A DNA stretch of 62,585 nucleotides, counting the filler. It is 8 parts of 8 records of this genome, joined end to end, with 100 filler letters (N's around TTAATTAATTAA, not from the genome) between each part and the next. Parts side by side here need not be neighbours in the genome. Positions count along the whole stretch, not along the records: positions 51,397 to 56,845 come from SRR31147125_114846; positions 56,946 to 62,585 come from SRR31147125_115180; 6 more parts are not named here. One strand, written 5' to 3'. The first letter of the stretch is position 1. Each line of letters begins with the position of its first letter. This document shows positions 52,417 to 62,585 of this stretch, one piece after another. The notes under the pieces are model-generated. The model did no database searches, was not told the DNA's origin, and saw only the letters and a list, made by a program, of their open reading frames with translations. The position numbers were made by a program, and so were the translations under genes.

Positions 52417-53382
52417 CTATTCCTTACGTAAATGGCTTAATTCAAATACCTGTATGCGATGGTTATCCGTGTCAGCCACATAAAGGACATTATTATATAT
52501 GGCAATATCTCTGGGATTTTGAAAAGCACCGAATTTTTCACCCTGCGATCCAAACTGCGAAATTAAACGTCCTTCTCTTCCAAACACAAAAATTTGATGT
52601 TTCTCTGCATCCGACACGAAAACGAACCTTCCATCCGGACTTGTTGTTACACCAAATGGCATTTTTAATATATTTTCACCAATACTATATAAATAATTTC
52701 CATAGTAATCGAACACAACGATGCGTCCTTCTTTCGGATCTGAGACAAAAACATAATCATTCCGTGAAACAAAAACACGTGCCGGGCCACCAAGGGCTCC
52801 TTCACCCCAATCAAAATCTCCAAAACTGACCTCAGGCTCAAACTCGGCGTTCAGTTTTAACACCCGCTTGTTTTCGTCATCTACAAGAAACAGATCACCA
52901 TGAAGACTGGTGCTAACGGAATTTACAAATCCAAATTCAAGACGTTCTTTTGCTGCCGGATCCGTATAAAAGGAATTTATCCAATTTAAATCCTTGTCAT
53001 ACCTTTCAATGCGTCGATTTTCATAATCCGCAACATAGACATCCAGACCGTTTCTGGCACTCAACCCAAGTGGCTGCTGAAACTGTCCACTATCCCAGCC
53101 AAAACCACCATAAAACAACAACAACTTTCCCTTGCTGTTAAATTTCTGAATGCGATTATTACCAGTATCAGCAACATATACGTTACCGTTGGGATCGGTT
53201 GATACGCCGGCAGGAAATCGAAACTGTCCGGGTTCTTCCCCTTCTGTGCCAAAACTATACAGAAACCTGGCCTGCAATACAGGGGTTTTTTCTTCAGCCA
53301 TTCCTCTATCTGCATTCATATAATCTGCAACGAGGAAAAGCGTAACGAAAAAACAGTATATATATAAATGTCTATATCGCAT
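52417..53382 (-). CDS. NHL-repeat beta-propeller protein
   Basis: Repeated GQF.FP.G....G.VYVADTGNNRIQKF-type motifs. Confidence 0.9.
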   Translation of the reverse strand: MRYRHLYIYCFFVTLFLVADYMNADRGMAEEKTPVLQARFLYSFGTEGEEPGQFRFPAGVSTDPNGNVYVADTGNNRIQKFNSKGKLLLFYGGFGWDSGQFQQPLGLSARNGLDVYVADYENRRIERYDKDLNWINSFYTDPAAKERLEFGFVNSVSTSLHGDLFLVDDENKRVLKLNAEFEPEVSFGDFDWGEGALGGPARVFVSRNDYVFVSDPKEGRIVVFDYYGNYLYSIGENILKMPFGVTTSPDGRFVFVSDAEKHQIFVFGREGRLISQFGSQGEKFGAFQNPRDIAIYNNVLYVADTDNHRIQVFELSHLRKE

Positions 53383-53514
53383 AAAAATCGATTCTGTTAC
53401 ATTTTGAATAAAATATAATGAATATGAAAAACCCCGACATAATCGGGATTCCTCTAAAAGTGATAGCTCTTTATTTTTATAATCGGCAAAAACCTCATTT
53501 AATTAAGGAAAATA

Positions 53515-53907
53515 TTAACGTGATGGGCGCCGTTTCCGTTCGCTGGGGTATATTACATGGTGGTTCGATCGCATCATGTCCTTACACTTGCGCCAACGCT
53601 GGTAAGCATCAACAAGTCCTCTATCATTTTTTGCCAGAGCATCCAGTTCAACCATGGGCAGACGTAGGCCGCATTTCTCACGTTCTATTTCTAAGATAGC
53701 GTCTAAAGCCTTTAATTGATGCTCCTCTAACTGACCTTGGATAAACTCATCATTATCAGGATCCGTATCATATATAAAATATTTAGGTGGAATATCGTCT
53801 CTATTTTTATCAATTAGCTTCGGACGAACAAATACAAACAGAAAGATAATTGAAACGATTACCGCAGTCCAAACAGCAAATGTTTCCGTTTGTTTTGCCA
53901 TTGGCAT
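53515..53907 (-). CDS. Hypothetical membrane-anchored protein
   Basis: N-terminal TM; no recognised motif. Confidence 0.5.
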   Translation of the reverse strand: MPMAKQTETFAVWTAVIVSIIFLFVFVRPKLIDKNRDDIPPKYFIYDTDPDNDEFIQGQLEEHQLKALDAILEIEREKCGLRLPMVELDALAKNDRGLVDAYQRWRKCKDMMRSNHHVIYPSERKRRPSR

Positions 53908-54224
53908 TTACCCTTCTTTTATTTCGTTCACCTTTATTAGAAACTCTTCCTGTTATTTAAACACACCAATATCTTTAATTATTTTCAATTTAACGCCCAT
54001 CAGCCCAAAAGTCAAGAAAAATTAGTTGTTAGCATTTCTAATTCCAGGGTAATCTCACCAGATCCTCAATAATATCATTTTAACTAAAATACTATTAAAA
54101 GTGTTTCATATTATTCAGGATACAGTCTTTTGTTGCTATGGTTATTAAACTGCTTGATACTTTGCTGCTTTTCAGTTATTTTACATGAATTAAGATATGG
54201 ACATTATGAAAAGGGACCAGAGGC

Positions 54225-54803
54225 ATGCGAAACTATTTCCTTGTTTTAGCAATTATTGGATTCATGGTTTTCCAGGGGTGCGCTATTCGTCCTGACGCCC
54301 GTTATTACAATGAACCTTTGGAAGAAGAGACAGTGGAATCGTCTGATATGGAGCTTGAATCACCTGCAATCCCACCTACTGTCAAAAATCATACAAATAG
54401 TGTTCCAGATCGACTTTCAATCAGTGAGAAGCAATTTGCTAAATTCCGGCAGGAAATACAACAATTCTGGGGTGCGCCATACAGATGGGGTGGTGCCTCA
54501 CCGTCTGGCACCGATTGTTCCGGGTTGGTATCTGCTGTTTATAATAAAACCTTTAATATTAACTTGCCACATAGTTCAAAATTATTATTTAACAAGGGCA
54601 AACCGGTATCCGCGACAAACCTTGTCTTTGGAGATCTGGTGTTTTTTGCTTTATCAAAAACCCAATTACCATCCCATGTTGGCATTTATATCGATTCTGG
54701 TATGTTTTTACACGCCTCCGAGAGTGAAGGTGTCACCCTTGGGAAATTAAGAAAATCGCCCTGGTATGAATCCTATTGGGGTGCACGTAGAATTATACAG
54801 TAA
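54225..54803 (+). CDS. NlpC/P60 lipoprotein endopeptidase
   Basis: Lipobox FQGC; PYRWGG, DCSGL, GDLVFF, HVGIY, FLHAS. Confidence 0.93.
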   Translation: MRNYFLVLAIIGFMVFQGCAIRPDARYYNEPLEEETVESSDMELESPAIPPTVKNHTNSVPDRLSISEKQFAKFRQEIQQFWGAPYRWGGASPSGTDCSGLVSAVYNKTFNINLPHSSKLLFNKGKPVSATNLVFGDLVFFALSKTQLPSHVGIYIDSGMFLHASESEGVTLGKLRKSPWYESYWGARRIIQ

Positions 54804-54818
54804 GGATTTCAGTAAAAT

Positions 54819-56257
54819 ATGACAATGGATTTAAACACAAAATCCTTAAAAAAAGGTCAGGAACTCCAGCTCGTTATCGAGAAACTTGCATTTGGCGGTA
54901 AAGGTATTGCCAGATATGGAGATTTTGTTGTTTTCGTTAATCAGACAATACCCGGTCAAACAGTGCAGGCTCGAATAATCAAAAAAAGAAAAAACACGCC
55001 GAAGCCAGATTATTACAGGTGATAGAGCAATCGCCTCTTTACAGTGAGCCACCGTGTTCCCATTTTGGTGCCTGTGGTGGTTGCGTGACACAACATTTAT
55101 TATATGATGAACAGTTGAAGGCTAAAGAAGAACAAGCCTCTGATTCGTTAAAGAGACTGGGTGGTTTGTCCGGATTTGAAATAAAGCCTGCTTTGCCCTC
55201 ACCACATATTTACCATTATCGCAACAAAATGGAATATTCCTTCTCAAGACAGCGCTGGTTAACACTCGAGGAAATAGAATCAGATGTGGTCCTTGACAAA
55301 GAGGGACTTTTTATTGGCATGCATGCGAGGGGCTTTTTTGACAAAGTTGTCGATATTTACAACTGCCATTTAATGGATCCTATTGCCAATGACATCCTGA
55401 ATACTGTTCGTTCTTTTGCAAAAGCAAAAAATCTGCCGTCCTATAGCACTTATGATCATGACGGATTCTGGCGCTTTTTAATCATACGTCTCTGCAAAAA
55501 CACACAAGACCTGATGGTAAATTTAGTGACTTCTGAATATAATGAAGACATTGCCAATGAATTCAAACAGATCATGATGACGAAATTCCCCCGGATCACG
55601 AGCCTGCTGTTCAGCATTTCAACAAGCAAAGCAAGTGTGGCTTTTAGTGAAAAAGAATATCTGTTGGCTGGTGAGAAATCCATCACAGAAAAATTAGGCC
55701 ATTACTCATTCGATATATCCAGCAATTCGTTTTTTCAAACCAATACAAAAGGGGCCGAACAACTTTTCGATGTCGTTAATGAATTTGCTGAATTTACCGG
55801 TTCGGAAAACGTTTACGACCTCTATTGCGGCGCTGGCGCCATTTCGCTTTATATCAGCGATCACGTCCGTAATGTTGTCGGTTTCGAAGCTGTACCATCC
55901 GCCATTGAAGATGCCCATCGTAACGCAGAGCGAAACAATGTAACAAACTGCCAGTTTGAACTTTGCGATTTAAAAGATTCACTTAACGATACCGAACAGG
56001 TGCTCTCAAAGTATGGCACTCCGGATATGATGATTATTGATCCACCCCGGGGCGGCATGCATCCCAAAACGGTCAAAGCGATATTGAATTTGAAACCGGA
56101 TCGAATCGTGCATGTTTCCTGCAACCCGACCACCCTGGCGCGGGATTTAAAAGAATTATGCGAACAGGATTATAAATTAACCAAAATCCAGGCTGTTGAT
56201 ATGTTCCCACATACGGCGCATATCGAAGTTGTGGCTCAATTGATTCGAAAAAAATAA
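54819..56257 (+). CDS. rlmD: 23S rRNA m5U1939 methyltransferase, frameshifted in an A-run near 54981-54994
   Basis: TRAM domain (54819-) and C..FGACGGC, YRNK, FFQTN, DLYCGAG, DPPRGG, VSCNPTTLARD, DMFPHT are in frames that differ by one base. Confidence 0.88.
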
Positions 56258-56316
56258 TTTATTCTAATACATAATCCGTATTGCTCCGTTCCATATCTTT
56301 TTGATATGCCAGAGCT

Positions 56317-56845
56317 TTATTTTCTTTGATAAACAATCTTGCCATCAAACACCGTCATTTCAACAACCGTGTTCAGTATCTCTTCTGCCGGGATTGAAAA
56401 AAGATCCTGTGACAAAAGAACGAGATCAGCATATTTACCTACTGAGATGCTGCCTTTTACATTCTCCTGGAATTCCGCATAGGCGGGCTCGAGAGTATAC
56501 GACCGTATGGCGTCTGCAATAGTTATCCGTTGCTCCGGGAACCAACCACCCTCAGGTATGCCACTTTCTATTTGTTGGCGTGTAACAGCTGAATAAAGTC
56601 CTCTCATCGGATCCAGGGGCTCCACCGGCCAGTCAGTGCCAAATGCTAAATGAGCATTCTTTTCCAGCAGACTTTTCCAGGCATAAGCGCCTTTACATCT
56701 TTCATGACCTATGCGATCTTCAGCCCAGCGCAGGTCTGAGGTACAGTGTGTTGGCTGCATTGAGGCAATAACACCCAGTTCAGCAAACCTCTGCATATCC
56801 TGAGGACGAATGACTTGCGCGTGTTCCACACGGTGTCGGCTATCC
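56317..56845 (-). CDS. Amidohydrolase_3 family (YtcJ-like), 5' partial
   Basis: RHRVEHAQ, ASMQPTH, FGTDWPV, GSISVGKYAD. Confidence 0.88.
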
Positions 56846-57046
56846 NNNNNNNNNNNNNNNNNNNNNNNNNNNNNNNNNNNNNNNNNNNNTTAATTAATTA
56901 ANNNNNNNNNNNNNNNNNNNNNNNNNNNNNNNNNNNNNNNNNNNNGATAAGTTATTTCGGACTCATTCCTTAAAAAATTTCTGCATTATTTGGGCAAGAA
57001 ATTATTTCCTTAAGGGACTTATCCAGCTCGACTGGGTTAGGCATGT

Positions 57047-58294
57047 TTAACTTTTCGGAGCGACCGGATTTTGAATATATTTGGTACCGGGTTGCCAAAA
57101 TTTCTGAGATTCGGCACGATTTCTGACATCTTTCTCAAGGGCAATGATTTTATCGTAATCGCCGTTTTTCTTGACCATGGCTTCCAGCTTCCCATAGAGG
57201 TCATCCAGTCCACCGGGGTTTCTTCCGAACATGAAGGGGGCCTGCATGGATCGCCAGCTGGAGAAGTCTTTTAGATATTTGGTCATTGAAAATGCCACTT
57301 TGGCGAAATCCGGGTTTTTCTCTGCGTCGGCCAGCAGATAATCGAAGGAGAGCTTTTGCAATTTCGTCAATGCCTCTTGATCCAATTTGGATATTTCCGT
57401 TCCCGCTTCCAAAAATTTATTGGCATATGTGGCGGAACTATATTCGAAATAGGTCCAAGCCCACATCATTGTCGCCATACACGCCTCTTTGAATTTAAAC
57501 TTGGTGATATCGTCAAGCTTGTTCCATGAACGCTTATTGATCATGACACCCGAGACCGGACCTGGTTGATGCCATCCCGGCAGAATCCAATATTTGGTCA
57601 CTTCCTGGAATCCCATGGACCAATCACACTCCGGTACCGAGAATTCACCGGCGTCGATGGTACCGCGCTGCAGTGCCATATATATCTCCGCACCCGGCAT
57701 AAAAATGGGAGCGCCCCCCATATCCTGGAGAATTTTCGCCTGATTCTTACCACATTGCCTCATCTTGACGTTTTTATATTCGTCTGTCTTTGTAATTTTT
57801 ACATTGGAGCGCTGGCCACATTCCGGACTTGTGACCGAATGGGGAAACCAGACGATATTGTGTTTACCATAAAGTTCCTGAGCCAGCTCCAAGCCGCCGC
57901 CCTGCCAGTACCACAACAGATAATCCGCAGGTGTGAAAAACATCGGCACGGATGTCAACAGGCTGAATGCCGTGTTTTTTCCCTCCCAGTAACTGGGCCA
58001 ATCCGTACCCATATCGATAATGCCGTTGCGAACGGCGTCGAACATCTCCTTGGAACTTGTTACCAGGGTGCCGCCCTCACTATATTTAATGGAGAGTTCA
58101 TCTTTGGCCAGAACATTCAAGAGATCGACAAGATATTTGTCGCCTCGCCACAGCGTAATGGAAGGGACCCACAGCGTCTGCATCCTCCATTTTTTTGGTC
58201 CTTTGGCTTCTGCTGTATCAGGCATACCCATTCCAAACAAAACCCCACAGGTGACAACGACGGCTAACAGGCTGGACAAGCACTTTCTTTGCAT
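57047..58294 (-). CDS. TRAP substrate-binding protein (TakP-like monocarboxylate/2-oxoacid family)
   Basis: KWRMQT, FDAV..G.IDMG..WPSYW.GK, EIYMALQRGTIDAGEF, PGWHQPG. Confidence 0.85.
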   Translation of the reverse strand: MQRKCLSSLLAVVVTCGVLFGMGMPDTAEAKGPKKWRMQTLWVPSITLWRGDKYLVDLLNVLAKDELSIKYSEGGTLVTSSKEMFDAVRNGIIDMGTDWPSYWEGKNTAFSLLTSVPMFFTPADYLLWYWQGGGLELAQELYGKHNIVWFPHSVTSPECGQRSNVKITKTDEYKNVKMRQCGKNQAKILQDMGGAPIFMPGAEIYMALQRGTIDAGEFSVPECDWSMGFQEVTKYWILPGWHQPGPVSGVMINKRSWNKLDDITKFKFKEACMATMMWAWTYFEYSSATYANKFLEAGTEISKLDQEALTKLQKLSFDYLLADAEKNPDFAKVAFSMTKYLKDFSSWRSMQAPFMFGRNPGGLDDLYGKLEAMVKKNGDYDKIIALEKDVRNRAESQKFWQPGTKYIQNPVAPKS

Positions 58295-58405
58295 TTTTTT
58301 CTCCCTTATTACATTCTGTTTAATCGCATGATGCCCCGGATAGCAATTTTTGTTATGCCAAGGCGACATGCTTTGATTCAGGTGAATCCCACTGCCATTC
58401 AACGA

Positions 58406-59686
58406 TTACCAATACCGCATGGCATCCTTAAAAATTTCGGTCAGTTCTTCGGCACCGGCAGGACGAGGAGAGAGTTTGGTCACTCGATGTTGAGGAAGGG
58501 TCCCCTCCACAAGTTTGGGAATATCGGCTTCAGAGTATCCAACATCGTGTAGGCCGTTGGGCAGGTTAAATCGTTTAAAGTACTTGATGATCGTATCAGC
58601 GATAATTTCTCCGGCATCCTCTGGTTTTGCACCGTCTACATCCGCGCCAAGGGCCTTGGCCGCTTGAATGTGACGTTCGGGGTTTGATTTTGCCGTGAAC
58701 CGAAAGACAGCCGGTGCATTCAAAGCAACGGAAATGCCGTGGGGAATGATGGGATGGTCGGACTTGTAATCCGGCGCAGTATAATCTCTGACCATTCCGG
58801 ATACGGGATAGGACATCCCATGGGGAAGTGTAACGCCTGCATTTCCGAAGCCAACCCCGGCGAAAGCGGCTGCCAGCATCATCCATCCCCGGGCTTCCCG
58901 GTCATCCGGATTTTCCACGGCTCTTACAAAATACTTTGACATGACATCCAACGCAGTCAATGACCAGATATCACTGATGGGATTGGATCCTTGGTAGGCA
59001 GGACGATAAATCGGGCGCTCCGGTCTTTCCCGATCACTGTAGGGGATTGCCGTAAAGGACTCAATGGCATGGGTAAAGACGTCCAATCCCGTGGATGCGG
59101 TAATCATAGGCGGCATGGTCATTGTATTGTCCGGATCCACGATCCCCAGACTCGGTTTTAAATGACGATTGGCGATACCTGTTTTGACGTGCATCTCTTC
59201 AAGATCAAAAATCGCCACACCCGTTGTTTCGCTTCCGGTTCCTGCTGTGGTGGGAATGGCAAACAAGGGTTTTAACGGACCCGGAACCGGTTTGCCTTTA
59301 CCAATGGGGGCATTGACATAGAGCAAAAAATCATCTGTCGGATAGGTTGAATAGAGGTTTGCCGCTTTGGCCGTATCAATGACCGATCCCCCTCCCACAG
59401 GGACAAATGCATCGAATTTATCTGCATTTGCAAAGGCGATGGCTTCTTTGAATGATTTATCCGTCGGTTCCACACGAACCTGATCGTAAAGGGAATATTC
59501 AACCCCTTCCTTTTCCAAAGAGTCGATGACCGTTTTGACGCAAGGCAATTTTGCTACATTCGCATCCGTCAACACCATCGCTTTTTTAACTCCCAAGTCC
59601 TTTAAATCCATACCGATTTCCGCGGTAACTCCGGGACCGTAGCGAAGATTGGATGCAGCCATTTCAAAACCGATTTCTTTCGTCAT
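58406..59686 (-). CDS. Hydroxyacid-oxoacid transhydrogenase (Fe-ADH family, HOT/ADHFE1-like)
   Basis: FEMAASNLRYGPG, VEPTD.SF, GGGSVIDTAKAANLY, RPAYQGSNPISD, HGMSYPVSG, GTLPQHRVTKLSP. Confidence 0.9.
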   Translation of the reverse strand: MTKEIGFEMAASNLRYGPGVTAEIGMDLKDLGVKKAMVLTDANVAKLPCVKTVIDSLEKEGVEYSLYDQVRVEPTDKSFKEAIAFANADKFDAFVPVGGGSVIDTAKAANLYSTYPTDDFLLYVNAPIGKGKPVPGPLKPLFAIPTTAGTGSETTGVAIFDLEEMHVKTGIANRHLKPSLGIVDPDNTMTMPPMITASTGLDVFTHAIESFTAIPYSDRERPERPIYRPAYQGSNPISDIWSLTALDVMSKYFVRAVENPDDREARGWMMLAAAFAGVGFGNAGVTLPHGMSYPVSGMVRDYTAPDYKSDHPIIPHGISVALNAPAVFRFTAKSNPERHIQAAKALGADVDGAKPEDAGEIIADTIIKYFKRFNLPNGLHDVGYSEADIPKLVEGTLPQHRVTKLSPRPAGAEELTEIFKDAMRYW

Positions 59687-59792
59687 GATACAATACCTCC
59701 ATAATGGTGAGTGTGAATTGCGGGATATGCCTTATCACCGCTTTACTAAATGTCATGAAAATCTAAATACAATTAAGATACTGAATAGGAGC

Positions 59793-59804
59793 GACCGGTT
59801 GGTC
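59793..59804. promoter_or_regulatory. Putative TetR-family operator 1
   Basis: GACCGGTTGGTC pseudo-palindrome with an identical copy at 60060. Confidence 0.6.
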
Positions 59805-60059
59805 TTGAGTTCGAGAAGTATTCTATATTTTTTTAAAAGTCAAGCTTTATTTTAAAATTTTTTTTGCACAAAATGAATCTTATTTTGTGTAACACATGAA
59901 AGCATTCAAACCCAGTCTCTCCCGGAAAACGTAAGATAACCCTTTAATTAGACAGATATTTGAAAAATTGGTAAGATCGCCATCCTGAAGAAAAAATATT
60001 TTATTTATTTTTTTCTTGACTTTAAAAATCAAAACAAATATTGAAAATACAAACAGGGA

Positions 60060-60071
60060 GACCGGTTGGTC
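60060..60071. promoter_or_regulatory. Putative TetR-family operator 2
   Basis: GACCGGTTGGTC, identical to 59793-59804, in the divergent promoter region. Confidence 0.6.
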
Positions 60072-60234
60072 GCTTTTTAGTTTCATTGACCCATTTTGAT
60101 ACTTGGATTACCGTTTCCCCTTCACCCTTCGGATTGATAAAGAATAAAAACCGTGTCATAGACTCAACGCCACTTTCCGAACTATGACACTGCATTGACC
60201 ACCGATAAGACTGACAAAATCATGGAGACCAATT

Positions 60235-60663
60235 ATGCTTGGAAAAACCGTTGACCAACTGAAAATAGGCGATTTCGAAGAGTTTACGAAAACCGTATCC
60301 GAGTCGGATATTTATCTTTTTGCAGGGCTCAGCGGAGATATGAACCCTGCGCATATCGATGAGCAATTCGCATCGGAAACCTTTTTCAAACAACGAATTG
60401 CCCATGGCATCCTGATCGGCAGTTTCATTTCAACGATCATCGGGATGAAATTACCGGGGCCCGGTTCAATTTACATGGAGCAAAGCTATAAATTCCTCGT
60501 ACCCGTACATATTGGAGATACCATTACCGCCCGTGGAGAAATTGTGGAGATCCTTGAGAAAGGAAATGTGCGACTCAAGACGACATGCACCAATCAAAAC
60601 GGAAAAACAGTCATCGACGGCACCGCCGTGGTCAGTCCTCCAAGAGTAAAAAAACATATATAA
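60235..60663 (+). CDS. MaoC-family (R)-specific enoyl-CoA hydratase
   Basis: FAGLSGDMNPAHID, RIAHG, LPGPGSIY, PVHIGDT. Confidence 0.92.
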   Translation: MLGKTVDQLKIGDFEEFTKTVSESDIYLFAGLSGDMNPAHIDEQFASETFFKQRIAHGILIGSFISTIIGMKLPGPGSIYMEQSYKFLVPVHIGDTITARGEIVEILEKGNVRLKTTCTNQNGKTVIDGTAVVSPPRVKKHI

Positions 60664-60707
60664 ATGAGATCAATATTGCCATTTAGTTATGAACCATCGC
60701 TTTTATC

Positions 60708-60736
60708 TTGACAGATCAAAATCTACTTTCTATGTT
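60708..60736 (+). promoter_or_regulatory. Sigma70-like promoter of the tetR gene
   Basis: TTGACA-N17-TATGTT. Confidence 0.5.
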
Positions 60737-60791
60737 TCCATATTACCGGTTTTACAGTTTAATCGGTCTTTTTTACAACATAGGAGTACAT

Positions 60792-61376
60792 ATGACATTA
60801 AAAGATAAAATTATCGTTGAAGCTTTAAAAATGTTTGCTACCAAAGGATTTAATGCAACTTCCACGTCAGATATCATTAAAGCAGCAGGGACATCGAAAG
60901 GCGGACTCTATAACCATTTCAAAAGTAAAGAAGAGCTATTCCTGGAAGCGCTGAGTATGGCCCGTAAAATCTGGAGGGAACGAAACCTGCACGAACTCAA
61001 TAATGACGTCCCTCCCATTGAAAAAGTAAAAAAAATCCTAACAAACTACAGAGATCGCTACATTGTAAACAGTGAGAATCTTCCCGGCGGCTGCATCTTC
61101 ATCAATCTGACTGTAGAACTTGCCGATCAAAATCCCAACCTGGCCGAAGAGGTGAGCGAGGGATTTAAAAGACTCAAGGGGATGTTAAGACGTTATCTGA
61201 ATGAAGAGCGGGACGCCGGGACATTGAAAGATAACGTGGACACGGATAAAGTTGTGGAATTGATTTTTTCCGGCCTGCTGGGCGCTTGTGTCCTCTATAC
61301 CTCGGACAAGTCAAAACCGCACCTGGATATGACCATCGATTCGTTGTTGGACTATTTGGACCAGATCCGGAAATAG
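60792..61376 (+). CDS. TetR/AcrR-family regulator
   Basis: AGGAG RBS; F..KGF.ATS..DI...AGTSKGGLYNHFKSKEEL HTH; GGCIF C-domain. Confidence 0.93.
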   Translation: MTLKDKIIVEALKMFATKGFNATSTSDIIKAAGTSKGGLYNHFKSKEELFLEALSMARKIWRERNLHELNNDVPPIEKVKKILTNYRDRYIVNSENLPGGCIFINLTVELADQNPNLAEEVSEGFKRLKGMLRRYLNEERDAGTLKDNVDTDKVVELIFSGLLGACVLYTSDKSKPHLDMTIDSLLDYLDQIRK

Positions 61377-61435
61377 CATCCCTTCCCCATGCCGTATTCC
61401 CATATAGCCAACCCATTAACAATGGAGATTTGACC

Positions 61436-62446
61436 ATGCAAGACAAATCGTTCAAAGCATTCGTCGTCACCGAGAGCAGTGAAGGACAATATGTTCGTGA
61501 AATCCAGGACAAAAAGAGAGATGACCTTCCCCCCGGGGACGTTATGGTGGAAGTTCACTATTCCTCACTGAATTATAAGGATGCGTTATCTGCCAGCGGA
61601 AACAGAGGGGTTACACGCAATTACCCCCACACTCCCGGTATCGACGCCGCCGGAGTGGTGGTTGAAAGTGCAGATAAAGACATCACCATCGGCGACGAAG
61701 TCATTGTTACAAGCTACGATTTGGGAATGAACACCGCCGGAGGCTTCGGGCAGTATATCCGGGTCCCTTCCGGCTGGGTGGTTCCATTACCCCAGGGACT
61801 GACCTTGAGAGAAGCGATGTGTTATGGAACCGCAGGGTTTACGGCAGGCCTATCCGTCTTTCAGTTGGTGGCGCACGGAATTATGCCGGAACATGGAGAC
61901 GTCTTGGTGTCCGGAGCGACAGGCGGTGTCGGAAGTATTGCCGTAGCGATTCTCACCAAACTCGGCTATAGGGTTACCGCCGTGAATGGAGTTGCCGATG
62001 AATCGGACTATCTCAAATCCATTGGTGCGCAAACCGTCATCAGTATCGATGACGCCATTGATCAAAGCGGCCGCCCGCTTCTCAAAAGCCGTTGGGCAGG
62101 CAGTATCGATACGGTAGGCGGTGATATCCTTGCCACATCCATCAAAACCGTCAATGCCAACGGTGTGGTGACCAGTTGCGGCAATGTGGCGTCACCGGAC
62201 CTGCCCATCACCGTATTTCCCTTTATTTTGCGTGGTGTCTCCCTGGTTGGTATTGATTCCCAGAATTGTCCCATGCCAAATCGAATGACCATCTGGAATA
62301 AGCTTGCCGATGAATGGAAAATTCCAGCCATGGAAACGGTGGTGGAAGAGATCGAAATGGCAGATCTAAACCAACAAATCGATCGTATGCTGCGGGGAGG
62401 ACATAAAGGGCGCGCCATTGTCAATATGAAGTGTGATTGCATGTGA
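61436..62446 (+). CDS. acuI: YhdH/AcuI-family NADPH oxidoreductase (acryloyl-CoA reductase-like)
   Basis: YSSLNYKDAL, PGIDAAG, GTAGFTA, GATGGVGS, PFILRGVSLVGIDS. Confidence 0.85.
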   Translation: MQDKSFKAFVVTESSEGQYVREIQDKKRDDLPPGDVMVEVHYSSLNYKDALSASGNRGVTRNYPHTPGIDAAGVVVESADKDITIGDEVIVTSYDLGMNTAGGFGQYIRVPSGWVVPLPQGLTLREAMCYGTAGFTAGLSVFQLVAHGIMPEHGDVLVSGATGGVGSIAVAILTKLGYRVTAVNGVADESDYLKSIGAQTVISIDDAIDQSGRPLLKSRWAGSIDTVGGDILATSIKTVNANGVVTSCGNVASPDLPITVFPFILRGVSLVGIDSQNCPMPNRMTIWNKLADEWKIPAMETVVEEIEMADLNQQIDRMLRGGHKGRAIVNMKCDCM

Positions 62447-62585
62447 GTTAGGAGTTGCGGGGGCGCTTGAACAGAAGCCCTATGGGTTCATCTACCGAAA
62501 TTTGACACGGATCAATATTTCACCGCAAAGCCGGTATTTTTCCCGTACTTTGCCCGCCCCCATCAAGTCCAGAGAATTTTTTCCC

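Noticed and set aside
54975-55022. Programmed -1 frameshift in rlmD at the A-rich site
   Set aside because: One missing A in a homopolymer restores IIKKRKKHAEARLLQVIEQ. Similar homopolymer losses occur elsewhere in the window, so sequencing error is more likely.

Overview
The window is not one locus. It is eight unrelated assembly fragments joined by 100-nt spacers (N44-TTAATTAATTAA-N44): 1-12465, 12566-20932, 21033-26047, 26148-35276, 35377-43939, 44040-51296, 51397-56845 and 56946-62585. Seven are bacterial. Their gene content suggests an anoxic community (Desulfobacterota-like, Spirochaete-like and FCB-like fragments; taxonomy is inferred). One fragment (21033-26047) is eukaryotic: an intron-dense axonemal dynein heavy chain gene bounded by microsatellites. 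The main finding is at 1-5623, a translationally coupled operon of clear MukF, MukE and MukB homologues, with a shortened 1017-aa MukB, followed directly by a JetD/MksG-type Toprim nuclease. This looks like a MukBEF-lineage SMC complex that still carries the Wadjet plasmid-cutting nuclease. Other notable items: a compact Stn/Nfn-like HydABC-family bifurcating transhydrogenase with a ferritin-like gene; a leader peptide/attenuator upstream of rsgA; two TA-flanked palindromic MITE-like elements sharing one core motif on different contigs; paired TetR-type operators in a hydroxyacid/acrylyl-CoA cluster; and several deletion-scarred pseudogenes. No rRNA, tRNA, CRISPR array or transposase was recognised. 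Family assignments come from remembered motifs, not database searches.
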